Origin: Malacoraja senta
Lineage: Eukaryota
DNA length: 64,000 nucleotides
Direction: 5' to 3'
Assembly (NCBI GenBank): GCA_038087875.1
Contig: CM075999.1
Coordinates: 3,660,001-3,724,000 of the forward strand
Shown here: positions 37,421-51,135 of the stretch, one piece after another
How positions within the stretch are numbered: the stretch's first letter is position 1
Layout: every line of letters starts with the position of its first letter
Position numbers and translations under genes: made by a program
Notes under the pieces: generated by a model
The model's input: only the letters and a program-made list of their open reading frames with translations
Database searches by the model: none
What the model was told of the DNA's origin: nothing

Positions 37421-40400
37421 AGTCGATCGATTCTTTGGTTGGACAGGAGAGGAGAGGGCACGGGGGTCTGGCTCACTGCTGCTCCACCCTTGTGCCTCCA
37501 GAAACACTCGCTTCTGTCCCCGAGCTCACTCCGCCTATCGAAATCTGGTGCATCTTGAATTCCTGCATCGTCCTAAAAACATTGGTCCACAAAGACCCAG
37601 TCTGTTCGGTACTTTGTTAAATTAACAATGAGGTGGGTGTTCACATGGCTGGCACTCTGATTGCCACAGTAAGGAGCAGCATCCTGCAGCATTATCATGG
37701 GCTTGCTGTGGGCCAGGGTCCTCTGACTAAGTAATTCCTGCCACACACTGACAGGCCTTGTTGTGTGCATTTCGGAGCGGGTGACTCATCAGGGCCGTGG
37801 GTGGTTGCAGCTCACGCGCGCAGATCCTCTACACAACAGAAAAATACCAGATTCATCCTTAAACCGGGATTATTCTATTGGTCGCCAGGACTGTGGCATT
37901 TCAAATGCGCGAGTTGATTCACAGTCAATAAACATTGAGAAAAAAAAATCTGTTTTGCAGTCAGTGTGAATGTGAGTCAGTTTGAAACAGTAATGAGCTT
38001 AAAGTTCATTCTCAGGCCCTTGTCTTCATTGCCATGAATATTTTCCCTGGAAGAGCACGTCTTGTTGACAACACCACTCAGTGTGTCAGTGTGAATGGCT
38101 GAATTATCATCAATTACAGTCACTCTCAGAGTTGTTTATCATTGTGGCGACACGGTGGTGCAGCGGGTAGAGTTGCTGCCTCACAGCTCCAGAGACCCAG
38201 GTTCGATCCTGACTACGGGTGCTGTCTGTACCGAGTATGTACGTTCTCCCCGTGACCTGCGTGGGTTTTCTCCGGGTGCTCCGGTTCCCTCCCACATCCC
38301 AAAGACGTACAGGTTTGTAGGTTGTGTGAGGAGGAACTGCAGATAGGCGGTTCACATCGAAGATAGACACAAAATGCTGGAGTAACTCAGTGGGTCAGGC
38401 AGCATTTCTGGAGAACATGAATAGGTACAAAATGCTGGTGTAACTCAACGGGTCAGGCAGCATTTCTGCAGAGAAGGAACAGGTGATGTTTCGGGTCAAA
38501 ACCCATTGTCAGACTCTTCTTCAGACAACTTCTAGGTTTGGAGGTTAAGTGGCCTGTAAAATGGGTGATTGTTGGTCAGCATGGACTCAGTGGGCCAAAG
38601 GGCCGGTTTCCATGTTGTTTACCTAAACTAAACCAAATTAAACTGTTTGTACACAGAGTTTCATTTACACCATCAGTTTCCTGCATCCTCTCCCACCCTC
38701 TCCCCCTCACCTACTCCAAGTGTAGCCACAACTAAATAACTTATCCTATCCCATGGTGACCACTCTCATCTGCCTGCACAACCTCTTTTCTGGCTACATC
38801 AGAAACAGCAGCAAAACAAAAGTCACGAGGAACTGCAAGTGCTGGAATCTTGAGCAAAACACAGAGTGCTGGAGTAACTCAGCGGATCAGGCAGCATAGC
38901 TGGAGAACATGGGTAGATGATGTTTTGGGATGGGTCCCTTCTTCAGACTTGGGAGGCGAGGAGAAAGCTGAGGAGAGGTGGGGCAGGACAAAGCCTGGTG
39001 AGTGATGGGTGCAAGAAGTTCTCCACCCGAAACGTCACCCATTCCTTCTCTCCAGTGATGCTGCCTGTCCCGCTGAGTTACTCCAGCATTTTGCATCTAT
39101 ATTGAGTGATAGGTGGATACAGGCGAGGAAGGTTTTTTATGGTCGCTCCACAGATGCTGTCTGACCCGCTGAGTTCCTCCAGTATGTTGTAATTGTACAG
39201 AGAGTGTGGTGGTCAGAGGATTATCTTCTCACCGGCCACTTCTTGCATGCGTGCTAAGTTTAAACTATAGACTTAGTCCTTCTGCTTTTCTGGATATAGA
39301 TTTCACACTCGCTGTAGGGTAGATATAGAGTGAGCATTTTCGTGAGAATTCTCCGCCATATTCTGGTTTCACCAGACCAGCGTTGTAATTGTCCACAACC
39401 TCACACTGCTCGACAGAAGCGATCCTTTATTTAGCTCAGCGGCAGGCAGCCACATAGAGACTCCACAGTCAAGATGCAAACTTAGTCCAGTCTCAAAGAC
39501 TCAAGGCATTTCAAGGCACTGCCTAAATCAAGACATAGAAACATAGAAAATAGGTGCAGGAGTAGGCCATTCGGCCTTCGAGCCAGCACCGCCATTCAAT
39601 GTGATCATGGCTGATCATCCACAATCAGTACCCCGTTCCTGCTTTCTTCCCATACACCTTGACTCCTTTAGCCCTAAGAGCTAAATCTAACTCTCTCTTG
39701 AAAACATCCAGTGAATTGGCCTCCACTGCCTTCTGTGGCAGAGAATTCCACAGATTCACAACTCGCTGGGTGAAAAGGTTTTTCCACCTCTCAGGAACAT
39801 CTGTGTGTGTTGTTTCTAGCCTGATGACCCGCTGACTTGACCCAACATTTTGTGTCATTTTTTCCCAGCTTAATGACACACTTCCTATGGCCAGGCAACC
39901 AGAACTGCACACAATACCACCACATGTCAAGTGTGATCTCACCCACGCCCAGATGCACAGCTGCAAAAGTCCTAACTCTTGTACACCATGCCCCCGTCCA
40001 ATGTCTGAAAAAGGGTCTCGACCAGAGATGTCACCTATTCCTTTTCTCCAGAGATGCTGCCTGACCATCTGATTTAAGGATGAATGTCAATGTGTCAGAG
40101 AAGGTTCGCTCGAGTATAGACACAAAATGCTGGAGTAACTCAGCGGGACAGGCAGCATCTCTGGAGAGAAGGAATGGGTGACGTTTTGGGTCGAGACCCT
40201 TCTTCAGAAGTCTCGACCCGAAACATCTCCCATTCCTTTCCCGCAGCCGTTACTCCAGCCGTTCGTGTCTATCTTCGGTTTAAACCAGCATCTGCAGTCC
40301 CTTAAACAGGTTTACTCCAGTCATGGGCAGATTGCCTTGGGATGAAACGTTGGAGAATCCAAACTTGTATCCACGGGAGTTCAGAAGAGTGAGAATTAAC

Positions 40401-40584
40401 TCAATCGAGAATCCAGCTGTTTGTGTCTAATGAAGTGTGAAAAATGCCTTCTTCACCACACTGTCTACGCCTGGCCTGAAATCAAACATGAAGACGAGAC
40501 AATGAGGAGGCCAGCCAAGAGCAGGGACTGGAGAACAAACTCCTCGTGGGAATTTTGGAAGATTCAGACGGTAGGAATTGGAGA

Positions 40585-41012
40585 TTGGTTTAGTTTAGTT
40601 TGGTTTATTGTCACGTGTATCGAGGTACAGTGAAAAGCTTTTTCATTGCGAACTATCCAGTCAGCAGAAAGGCTATACATGATTACAATCGAGCCGTCCA
40701 CAGTGTACACATACAGGATAAAGGGAATAACATTCAGTGCAAGATGAAGTCCGATTAAAGATAGTCCGAGGGTCTCCAATGAGGGAGATGGGAGGTCAGG
40801 ACCGCTCTCTAGTTGGTGAGAGGATGGTTCAGTTGCCTGATAACAGCTGGAAGAAACAGTCCCTGAATCTGGAGGTGTGCGTTCGTTTTCACACTTCTGT
40901 ACCTCTTGCCCGATGGGAGAGGGGAGAAGAGGGAGTGGCCGGGGGTGAGACTGGTCCTTGATGATGCTGCTGGCCTTGCCGAGGCAGCGTGAGGTGTAGA
41001 TGGAGTCAATGG
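40585..41012 (-). mobile_element. Rex1/Babar-like LINE 3' fragment
   Basis: IDSIYTSRCLGKASSIIKDQSHP / HSLFSPLPSGKRYRS. Confidence 0.8.
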
Positions 41013-42217
41013 AAGGGAGAGGGGGGTAGTGGGGGGAGGGTGGGGGGAAGAGGGCGAGATTCACCCTTGATTATGTGGCTGGCCTTGATCGTTGTTGCAA
41101 CAGTGAAGTCCACCTCTGCACGGTCACAATAACTTGACCCAACCTCTCACCTACTGCCCCCTGAACTTTGACCTCATCCAACATAGAACGCAGAGACCCA
41201 CATATTGAACAGAGATAAAAAGAATTCAGAGAGGGCAGGAAGTTGTGTGTAAGATCAGAGGAGGTGAACGAAGGTATTTCCTTTCCCAGCAGAGAGGTCA
41301 ATAACTAAAGGTCAGAAAATTAAAGATTAAACCTGAAATTTGATGATGTTTCTTTAATCAACAATTGAAGGGGCTCCAGATATCCAGAGATAGACGCCAC
41401 TACACTGGTGTGGTCATGTCCAACAAGGTGACTGACCTAGAGCAAGGGATTACCCGCATGTTTTTCCATCGTCACACAGCCATACAACACGGAAACAGGC
41501 CCTTCGGCCCATCGGATCCTTGCTGACCCGTACACTAGCCCTATCCTACACACTAGGGACAATTTACAATTTTTACCGAAACCAATCAACCTATAAACTT
41601 GTACGTCTTTGGTGTGTGGAAGGAAACCGGTGCACTCGGGGAAAACCCACGCAGGTCACGGGGAGACCGTGCAAACTCCGTACAGACAGTACCCATAGTC
41701 AGGATCAAAACAGGTCTCTGGCACTTTAAGGTAGCAGCACCACCATGCCCACCCTCTATAGCTGGGCCGAGTCGCCTGCATTTCCCTCTAAACCCTTCCT
41801 CTCCATCTATCTGTCCAAATGTCTACAGCTTCCTCTTGCAGCTCGTCCACATACAGTCTACCCTCTGTGTAAAATCATTGCCCCCGAGGTCCCTCTTAAG
41901 TCTCTCCCCTCTCACCTTAACCCTGTGCCCTCTAGTTTTAGAAACCTCTACCCTGTGAGCGTTCACTTTACCCGTGCCACTCATGATCTTGTACACCTCA
42001 ATAAGGTCACCCCTCAGCCTCCTAGGAGGCAAAGAATAAGCTCCCAGCCTATATAACCTCGAAAAGAGAAATAAAAAAGAAAGTAAGCTCATTGTCTTTT
42101 CCCCCCACACCCTAGTTCTGGCTGCTTCACAATCACTTCTGCTTAAGCAAGAATCCGTTTCAAAATTCTCACCCTTTGTTGCAAATATCTCTGTGGTTTT
42201 GCTCTAGAATTTCGAGC

Positions 42218-43225
42218 TCTGAGGCTCTATAAGGCATTGGTCAGACCACATTTGTAGTATTGTGAGCAGTTTTGGGCCCCATATCTGAGGAAGGATGTGC
42301 TGGCCCTGGAGAGGGTCCAGAGGAGGTTTACGAGAATGAGTGGGTTAACATATGATGAGCGTTTGTCGGCACTGGGCATGTACTCGCTGGAGTTTAGAAG
42401 GATGAGGGGGGACCTCATTGAAACCTATCGAATAGTGAAAGACTTGGATAGAGTGGATGTGGAGAAGATGTTTCCACTAGTGGGAGAGTCTAGGACTAGA
42501 GGACACAGCCTCATAATTAAAGGACATTCCTTTAGGAAGGAGACGAGGAGGAATTTCTTAAGCTACAGGGTGGTGAACCTGTGGAATTCATTGCCACAGA
42601 CGGCTTTGGAGGCAGTCAATGGATATTTTTAAGGTAGATTCTTGATTAGTACGGGTGTCTGAGGTTACAGGAGAATGGGGTTGCGAGGTAGGGTTGCCAA
42701 CTGTCCCGTATTAGCCGAGATATCCCGTATATTGGGCTAAATTGGTTTGTCCCACTCGGGTCGAGGGGACTGTTGGGTCGGAGCGCTGCGTCCGGCCCCG
42801 CCTCATCCGTCCCGACGTAGTGCAGCCCATGGAGTGCAGCAGCAGCACCTCGCCCGTGGCCCCGTCGGTCGGTCGGGAACCCGGCCAGCTGTTCGACCTT
42901 CGCTTACCGCCGACACCACCACCCCTCCTTCTCATGTCCGATCATCGGTTCACGAGTTGGATGGTGTCGGCCCGGGACAAAAATCCTCAGCTAGCTGGAC
43001 TTTGTGTGCAGTCCAGCACCCAGAGCCAACTCATCATTCACCCAGCCATGGCCGAGTTGCTCAACCAATTGTCGTCGGGAATTTGTCCCTTATTTTGACC
43101 TTTTGTCCCTTATTTGGGAGTGAGAAAGTTGGCAACCCTAGGGGAGAGGGTATGTTAGATCAGCCATAATTGAATGGCGGAGTGGACCCGATGGGCTGAA
43201 TGGCCTAATTCTGCTCCTATGACAT
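42218..43225 (+). mobile_element. CR1 3' fragment split by a DNA transposon
   Basis: LALERVQRRFTRM..GDLIETYRIVK; tail resumes after 43140. Confidence 0.85.
42689..43140. mobile_element. Non-autonomous hAT-like DNA transposon (MITE)
   Basis: Perfect 14-bp TIR tagggttgccaact / agttggcaacccta; subterminal tgtccc repeats; CpG-rich interior; TSD not clean. Confidence 0.8.
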
Positions 43226-43561
43226 GAACTAATGGGTGGGACCAGCAGTTCTGAAGCCAACCCCATCAACATTGGCTTCCAGCAAGAAGTACAAGACCAG
43301 GCCAATCCTTAAAGAAACTGAATGAGTTTTAAGTTAAGATAAGCAGTTATCATCACCAACAGTGGGTGAATAGTGCACGTCAATTGGATGAATTGTAACA
43401 GTAAACACTAAACAGTGATATAGTCATTGTACCCCACTCCCACCTCACTCACTCACTCACCCAGACCCTGACACCAGCTCCTTTCATTCACACAGACCAC
43501 ACTGCACAGTAACTGCAGAGTCACTTTGTGGACAGCCCCCTCGTGAAGAATGGCACCATTC

Positions 43562-43955
43562 ATCACCCCCCCCCCCACACACACACACACACCCCACCCC
43601 CCCCCCCCCCACACACACACACACACCCCAAACCCCACACACACACGCACCCCCCCCATACATACACGCACCCCCCACACACACACCGTACACACACACG
43701 TACCCCCCCCCCCATACACACACACACGCACCCCACCACCCCCCCCACACACACACACACACACTCCACACACACACACACACCCCACCCCCCCATACAC
43801 ACACACACACCCCCTACCCCCACACACACACACCGTACACACACACCCTCACACACACGCACCCCCCCCCCCACACACACACACACACCCCACACCCACC
43901 CCCCCCACACACACACACACCCTACACACACCACCCACACCCACACACACAAACC
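43562..43955. repeat. C-run/(CA)n low-complexity tract
   Basis: Visible directly. Confidence 0.95.
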
Positions 43956-46900
43956 TCCCCCATCCAAGCATGCTGAGGCTCCTCCGAGCTGCCTGTGCCT
44001 TCCAGCTGTGCGAGCTTACCAGTCCATGCGAGTGTGGACGTGAAGCACATCTGTATCTCCGCAACAAAGGAGCAGTCAGACACCATCAACCTCCAAATCT
44101 GGCTGCCACACTTAGCTGCCCCCCCCCCACCGGTCTCAGTTCATAAGTCATTCAGCCCATCGTCTACTCCGCCATTCAATCATGGCTGATCTATCTCTCC
44201 CTCCTAACCCCATTCTCCTGCCTTCTCCCCATAACCCCCGACACCCGTACTGATCAAGAATCTATCTATCTCTGCCTTGATATATCCATTGACAGCCTCC
44301 ACAGCCGTCCGTGGCATGTTAAGTCATACAGCATGGACACAGACCCTTCGGCCCAACTCACTGATGCTGTCCACATTCTCCATTGCCTACAGGAGGGTGG
44401 TCCTGATTGTGCCAGTGAAGGCTTAGCAACAGAATCCTTCACAAAGCCTGCACATCAATCAGATGAGAGCTAGTCATACAGCGCTACAGTACAACAGGCC
44501 CTTCGGCCCACCTTGCCCATGCTGACCGAGCTGAGTGTAGTTTAGAGATACTGCGCAGAAACATGCCCTATCCAACTCTTAAATCTCTACTCCTACAGCA
44601 ACATTTCTCTTTACCTTGCACTAAACGTTATTCCCTTCTCATATTTCTATGTAAATGGCTCGATTGTAATCATGTGCAGTCTTACCACCGGAGTTACTCC
44701 AGCATTGCGTCTATCTGAAGTTTGCTGTGGTGAGGAACACATAAATGTTCTCCCAAGCTTGGATAGAGTGGATGTGGAGAGGATGTTTCCACCAGTGGGA
44801 GAGTCTAGGACCAGAAGTCACAGCCTCAGAATTAAAGGACGTTCCTTTAGGAAGGAGATGATGAGGAAATTCTTTAGTCAGAGGGTGGTGAATCTGTGGA
44901 ATTCAGGGTTTCAGCCTCCCCAACACATCTCCTCAGTTCCACAGCCGTTAAAATGCTTCATGTTTATCACTGAAGTTAAACCACGCATCAGATAGTGTTT
45001 AATTATCATAAGTATCAATAACAAAATAAATCGAATTCTCACAAAGATGGACACAAAATGTAGGAGTAACTCAGCGGGACAGGCAGCAGCTGTGGAGAAA
45101 AGGAATTGGTGACGTTTTGGATCGAGACCTTTCTGAAGGAGGGTCTCGACCCGAAACGTCACCCATTCCTTCTCTCCGGAGATGCTGCCTGTCCCGCTGA
45201 GTTACTCCAGAATTTTGTGTCTATCTTCGGTTTAAACCAGCATCTGCAGTTCCTTCCTACACAATTAAATTCTCACTTCAGTTCTGTCTAGTTTATTGCC
45301 ATGTGTACCGAGGAACAGTGAATAGCTTTAGTTGCATGCTATCCAGTCAGCAGAAAGATAATACATGATTACAATCCAGCCGTTCACAGTGTACAGATAC
45401 AGGATAAGGGAATAACATTTTGTGCAAGATAAAGTCAGCAAAATCCGATCAAAGATAGTCCGAGGGTCACCAATGAGGTAGATAGTTCAGCACTGCTCTC
45501 TGGTTGTGGTAGGATGATTCAGTTGCCTAATAACAGTTGGGAAGAAACTGTCCCTGAATTTGGAGGTGTGCGTTTTCACACTCCTGTACCATTCTTGTAC
45601 TTGTTGCAGGATACAGTCCCAAGAAGACAATAACACAACAAACACCTCATAATCAATAATTCAATCAATTAATAATCAGTAATATTAGGGCACCAGACCA
45701 TAACAGTACAAAGCCAAAGACTGCAGTGCAACCAAAGACAAACCAAGATTATAGTTGAGTAAAACACAGAGTGCTGGAGTAACTCAGCGCGTCAGGCAGC
45801 CTAGCCTCTCTGGAGAACAGTTACAATTTTACAGAAGCCAATTAACCCACAAACCTGTTTCCGTCTTTGGAGTGTGTGAGGAAACCGGAGCACCCGGAGA
45901 AAACCCACGCAGGTCACGGGGACAGCGTACAAACTCCGTACGCACAGCACCCGTTGTCAGGATGGAACCCGGATCTCTAGCGCTGTGAGGCAGCAGCTCT
46001 ACCCGCTGCGCCACTGTTTCGTTCAGAGTGACTTTGACACAGACTTCAGCTGGACGGTCACATTAAAGGATTGTGTTCCAAGCTGTGCTGGAAATGCAGT
46101 AAAAATCAAATCAGCTCTTGGTAAACATTTCCTTTGATGACATACACACAGGAAGTCTCCCCCTGACAGGAAGCGCACGTTTCCAGATGGGGGAGATTAA
46201 AGTTGTCTTTAGTCCCAGCAACCATCAGGCTGTTGAACCCTGCACAACACTAACCTCAGCAAGTGTGACCTTCCACGGACTGTGTCTGTGTCTGTGGCTG
46301 CTCTACCCACTTACCTGGTATTCCAGTCATTCATTCAGTGTATCATTGATTCTTGTAGATTTATCTGTGTTGTGTTTACGGGCAGGTTAAGCTGCAGCAT
46401 CTAAACATTTCTATGTTCCACAGAGTTGGTACATTTGACAATTAAATCCTCTTCGCTCATCAAGTTAAAACATGATTTGGTAAATTGTATTTCAGTTTAG
46501 TTTAGTTTAGAGATACAGGGTGGAAACAGGCCCTTTGACCTATCGAGTCCACACCGACCATCGATCCAAAACCTTTGCATCCGAGTCAGAAGTCGGGTCC
46601 CGACACGAAACGTCACCTATTCCTTTTCTCCAGTGATACTGCCTGACCAGCTGAGTTATTCCAGCAATCTGTGTCTATCTAGCTTGGAGATACAAGCACA
46701 GAAACAAGCCCTTCGGCCCAACGAGTCCACGTCGACCAGCATTCCCTGTACACCAGCACAATCTTGGGACGGAATGCTTTTGGAGTGTGGTGGGAAACTG
46801 GAGCACCCTGAGAAACCAGGGAGAACGTACAAATTCCGTACAGACGGCACCCATAGTCAGGATTGAACCTGGGTCTCTGGCGCTGTGAGGCAGCATCTCT

Positions 46901-47271
46901 ACCTTGCTGTACTAAGTTTGGTATAAACCAACATCTGTAGTTCTCTGTTTAGAAACATAGAAAATAGGTGCAGGAGGAGGCTTTTCGGCCCTTCGAGCCA
47001 GCACCGCAATTCAATATGATCCTGGCTGATCATCAAAAATCAGTGCCCCATTCCAGCTTTCTCCCCATATCCCTTGATTCCGTTGGCCTAAAAGCTAAAT
47101 CTAACTCTCTTGAAAATTCTAATCCTCTCTTCAAAACTCTAACTCTCTCATGAAAACATTGATCCAAAGATACTGGATTATAAACTAATTTTATGACGAG
47201 GTTGAGAATGGCAGATGGTAGTGTTTGAGGTGTGAGAGTTATTGGTTAGGATGGGAGAAGGTCAGAAGACT

Positions 47272-47670
47272 GGGACTCTATTCCTTGGAGTGCAGGAGGA
47301 TGAGGGGTGATCTTATAGAGGTGTCTAAAATCATGAGAGGAATAGATCGGGTAGAGTCACAGAGTCTCTTGCCCAGAGTAGGAGAATCGAGGACCTGAGG
47401 ACATAGGTTTAAGGTGAAGGGGAAAAGATTTAATAGGAATCTGAGGGGTAACTTTTTCACACAGAGGGTGGTGGGTGTATGGAACAAGCTGCCAGAGGAG
47501 GTAGTTGAGACTGGGACTATCCCAATATTTGAGAAACATTTGGACAGGTACATGGATAGGACAGGTTTGGAGGGATATGGACCAAACGCAGGCAGGTGGG
47601 ACTAGTGTAGATGGGGCATGTTGGCCGGTGTGGGCAAGTTGGGCTGAAGGGACTGTTTCCACACTGTAAG
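47272..47670 (+). mobile_element. CR1 LINE 3' fragment
   Basis: KGKRFNRNLRGNFFTQRVVGVWNKLPEEVV. Confidence 0.88.
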
Positions 47671-48268
47671 CACTCTGTGTAGTGAAGCTTGTCATGAGGG
47701 ATGAGCTCAGCATAATCTCCACTCACTCACGTAGCCAGCCACTGTGAACAGCATCCGTTCTCAGGCTAAACTCAACACTTCCTTTCTTAACCACACCAGC
47801 CTTCAGCCACCAGCACACGGAATCTAGACACAAGGAACTGCAGATGCTGGGTTACAAATGAAAGGCACAGAGTGCTGGAGTAACTCAGCAGGTCAGACAG
47901 CATCTGTGGAGAACATGGATAGGTGACGTTTCACAGAGTGCTGGAGTAACTCAGCGGGTCAGGCAGCATCTGTGGAGCAACGGAAATGGGCAACCTTTCG
48001 GGCCGAAACCCTGAAGGAAATAGGCAACGTTTCGGGCCGAAACCCGGAAGGGTTTCGGGCCGAAACGTTGCCTATTTCCTTCGCTCCATAGATGCTGCCG
48101 GAACATGGATAGGTGACGTTTCAGAGTGCTGGAGTAACTCAGCGGGTCAGGCAGCATCTGTGGAGAACATGGATAGGTGACGTTTCGGGTCGGGACACTT
48201 CTTTCAGATATTCTGGTCCCCAACTGCTCCTTCCTTTCTTCTCCCCGCCTCCCCCACCCCTTATCAGT

Positions 48269-48296
48269 CTGAAGAAGGGTTTCGGCCCGAAACGTT
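48269..48296 (+). ncRNA. Minimal hammerhead motif, UUCG-loop subfamily
   Basis: CUGAAGA-A-GGGU(UUCG)GCCC-GAAA-CGUU. Confidence 0.55.
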
Positions 48297-48431
48297 GCCT
48301 ATTTCCTTCGCTCCATAGATGCTGCTGCACCCGCTGAGTTTCTCCAGCATCTTTGTGTACCTGGTCCAGACGTACTGGCACCGATTTAACACTACTCCTT
48401 AGACATTGGGAGTTGAACCTAAACGTCTCAC

Positions 48432-48621
48432 CTTGGACGCAGAGCTGCCTCCTGAGTGTTGGCCATGCCATCATCGACGATACAGATTCCCCGTCTCTAC
48501 AAGTTACTCTGCGACTCCAACCTCTTGTCATCAAGGAGCTAGTTTATGTCAAGAAGTGCTTGAGGCAACGCAGCTCCATCACCAACCACGTTGCTAATAG
48601 CCGTAGCTAACACATTCTTGG
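48432..48621 (-). other. Candidate 190-nt non-coding exon (same orientation as the kinase gene)
   Basis: Acceptor ctgtttgttctcctgcctcctgacctaaacag|, donor AAG|gtgaga; stops in all three frames. Confidence 0.35.
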
Positions 48622-50254
48622 CTGTTTAGGTCAGGAGGCAGGAGAACAAACAGTCAGCGCGGGTCCAACATGGCCAGCAGCAGCAGCAGCATCAGAACGA
48701 GGAGTGGGAGGAAGCAGTTCATGCCCCTGGTGCCACCATTGTCATTTAATAAGATGCAGCTGCTGCGATTCTCAGCGCCTCTGCCTTACTCCCCATCCCC
48801 CGTCACCTCCCACTCCTCGATTGGCAAGAATCCATCTGCCTCTGCTCCAAAAGATTCAAAGCCTCGGCGTCGACCGTCCCACAGAGAGAGAGTTCCGGGA
48901 ATTCCTGACTCGCTGACAGAGGACCCTTCACTCTATCTCCATCTTATAGAGGCTGCCCCTTATTTATTAAACAGGGGTCACTGGTTAGAGCCACAGGGTC
49001 ACACAGCACAAAAACAGGCCCTTTGGCCCAATACTGACTATCCAAGTTGGTCCCCTTTGCCTGTGTTGGTCTCCTATCCCTCTAAATCTTTTAGTTTAAT
49101 AAGTTTATTGGCCAAGTATTCACATACAAGGAATTTGCCTTGGTGCTCCGCCCACAAGTGACAACATGACATACAGCACAGACACTGGCCCTTCGGCCCC
49201 ACTTGTCCATGCTGACCATGATGGCCCATTTAAACTAGTCCCATTTTCCCACGTTCAGACCGAAACCCTGAAGAAGGGTTTCGTCCCGAAACGTTGCCTA
49301 TTTCCTTCGCTCCATAGATGCTGCCGCACCCGCTGAGTTTCTCCAGCACTTTTGTCTACCACCCATTTGCCCACATTTGGCCCATAATCCTCCCAACCTT
49401 CTCGCTCCATTTGTCCGAAATGCCTGTTAAATGTTGTTATTGTAACTGCCGCAACTACCTCCTCTGGCAGCTCGTTCCATACACCCACTACCCTCGGTGT
49501 GAAAACGTTGCCCCTCAGGTTCCCATGAAATCTTTCCCCCCTCACCTTAACCCTGTCCCCTACCTTGGGACGGTGACTATAACTGTCCACTGTATCGATG
49601 TCCCTAATGAATTTCCACCGGTCTATGTGGTTCCGATATCAGCCTCCCACACTCCAGGGAAATAAGTCCCAGCCTCTCCACCCTCTCCTTATAGTTAAAG
49701 ATCTTCATCTCCACATTCACTTTGTCTGTTCCACCCGCCATTAAAGACTCAATCATTCTCACTTCTAAACTCCAGCGGATGTAAACTTGGACTGTGCAAC
49801 TTTTCAACCCAAGACAACCTGCCCGTTCCAGACACGACTCGAGTAAACCTTCCCTGACACATTGACATCCATCCATAAATCAGATGTCCGATACTGTACA
49901 GTGAAGATAGACACAAAACGCTGAGTAACTCAGCGGGTCAGACAGCATCTCTGCAGAGAAAGGATGGGTGATGTTTGGGGTTGAGACCCTTCTTCAGATA
50001 GCGTGTGCACTGCACGCAATCTCACAAATGCCCAATGACCAACATAGCCTCCCTTCCTTTACCCTCAGAATCATTCTGTTAGCTTTCCTAATGACTTGCT
50101 CTAGGTCAATCCTGCCCTTCTGCAAGTCATGCGCGGGGAATCCTAGGTCTGGCTCCAGTACATCGAGCATGCGTGTCGACCGGACCTTGAACTTTGAATA
50201 ATGGCGACAGAAATGGCGGTGCCCACATGTGTAAATATGCATGTGTAAAAAGGG

Positions 50255-50545
50255 TGGCATGGTGGCGCAGCGGTAGATTTGCTGCCCTGCAGCACCGGAG
50301 ACCCGGGTTCGATCCCAATATCTGTACAGAGTGTGTACGTTCCCCCCATGACCTGCGTGGGTTATTTCCGAGATCTTCGGTTTCCTTCCACACTCCAAAG
50401 AGGTACAGGTTTGCAGGTAAATTGGCTTGGTATAAGTGTAAATTGTCCCTAGTGTGTGTAGGATAGTGTTAGTGTGCGGGGATCGCTGGTCGGTGAGGAC
50501 TCGGTGGGCAGAAGAGCCTGTTTCTGCGCTGTATCTCTAAACTTA
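50255..50545 (+). mobile_element. V-SINE
   Basis: Consensus match. Confidence 0.8.
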
Positions 50546-50949
50546 ACAAAACAGAATTTCACTGTTCAGAAACACACGTGATAAATAAAGTGCCTTTGAA
50601 CAATCCCACCTCACCATCTTGATAATATGCCCATTTGTTTTACTTTTCCTACCGAAATGGACATTTATCATGTTTAGTCATTCCCTTTACCTCGGTACAC
50701 GTGACAATAATAAACTAAACTAAACTAAACCTCCCTCATGTAAAAAACCCATGTAAACCTTCATAGAACAGCAAGGGATGAAATGTGTAGTAAGGAACTG
50801 CAGATGCTGGATTAAACCGAAGATAGACACATTACTTTTTTGCATATCTTCCATTCATTTGTTCTATATCTCTCTATATCACACGCTATATCTCTCATTC
50901 CCCTCTCCCCCGTCTGACGAAGGGTCTCGACCGGAAATGTCACCTATTC

Positions 50950-51135
50950 CTTCTCTCCAGAGATGCTGCCTGACCCGCTGAGTTACTCCAGCACTCTGTG
51001 AAACGTCACCTATCCATGTTCTCCACAGATGCTGCCTGACCCGCTGAGTTACTCCAGCACTCTGTGAAACGTCACCTATCCATGTTCTCCACAGATGCTG
51101 CCTGACCCGCTGAGTTACTCCAGCACTCTGTGTCT
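50950..51135. repeat. 66-bp tandem repeat, ~3 units
   Basis: gaaacgtc at 51000 and 51066. Confidence 0.95.

Noticed and set aside
43453..44146. Pro/His/Thr-rich ORFs
   Set aside because: Low-complexity C/CA tract.
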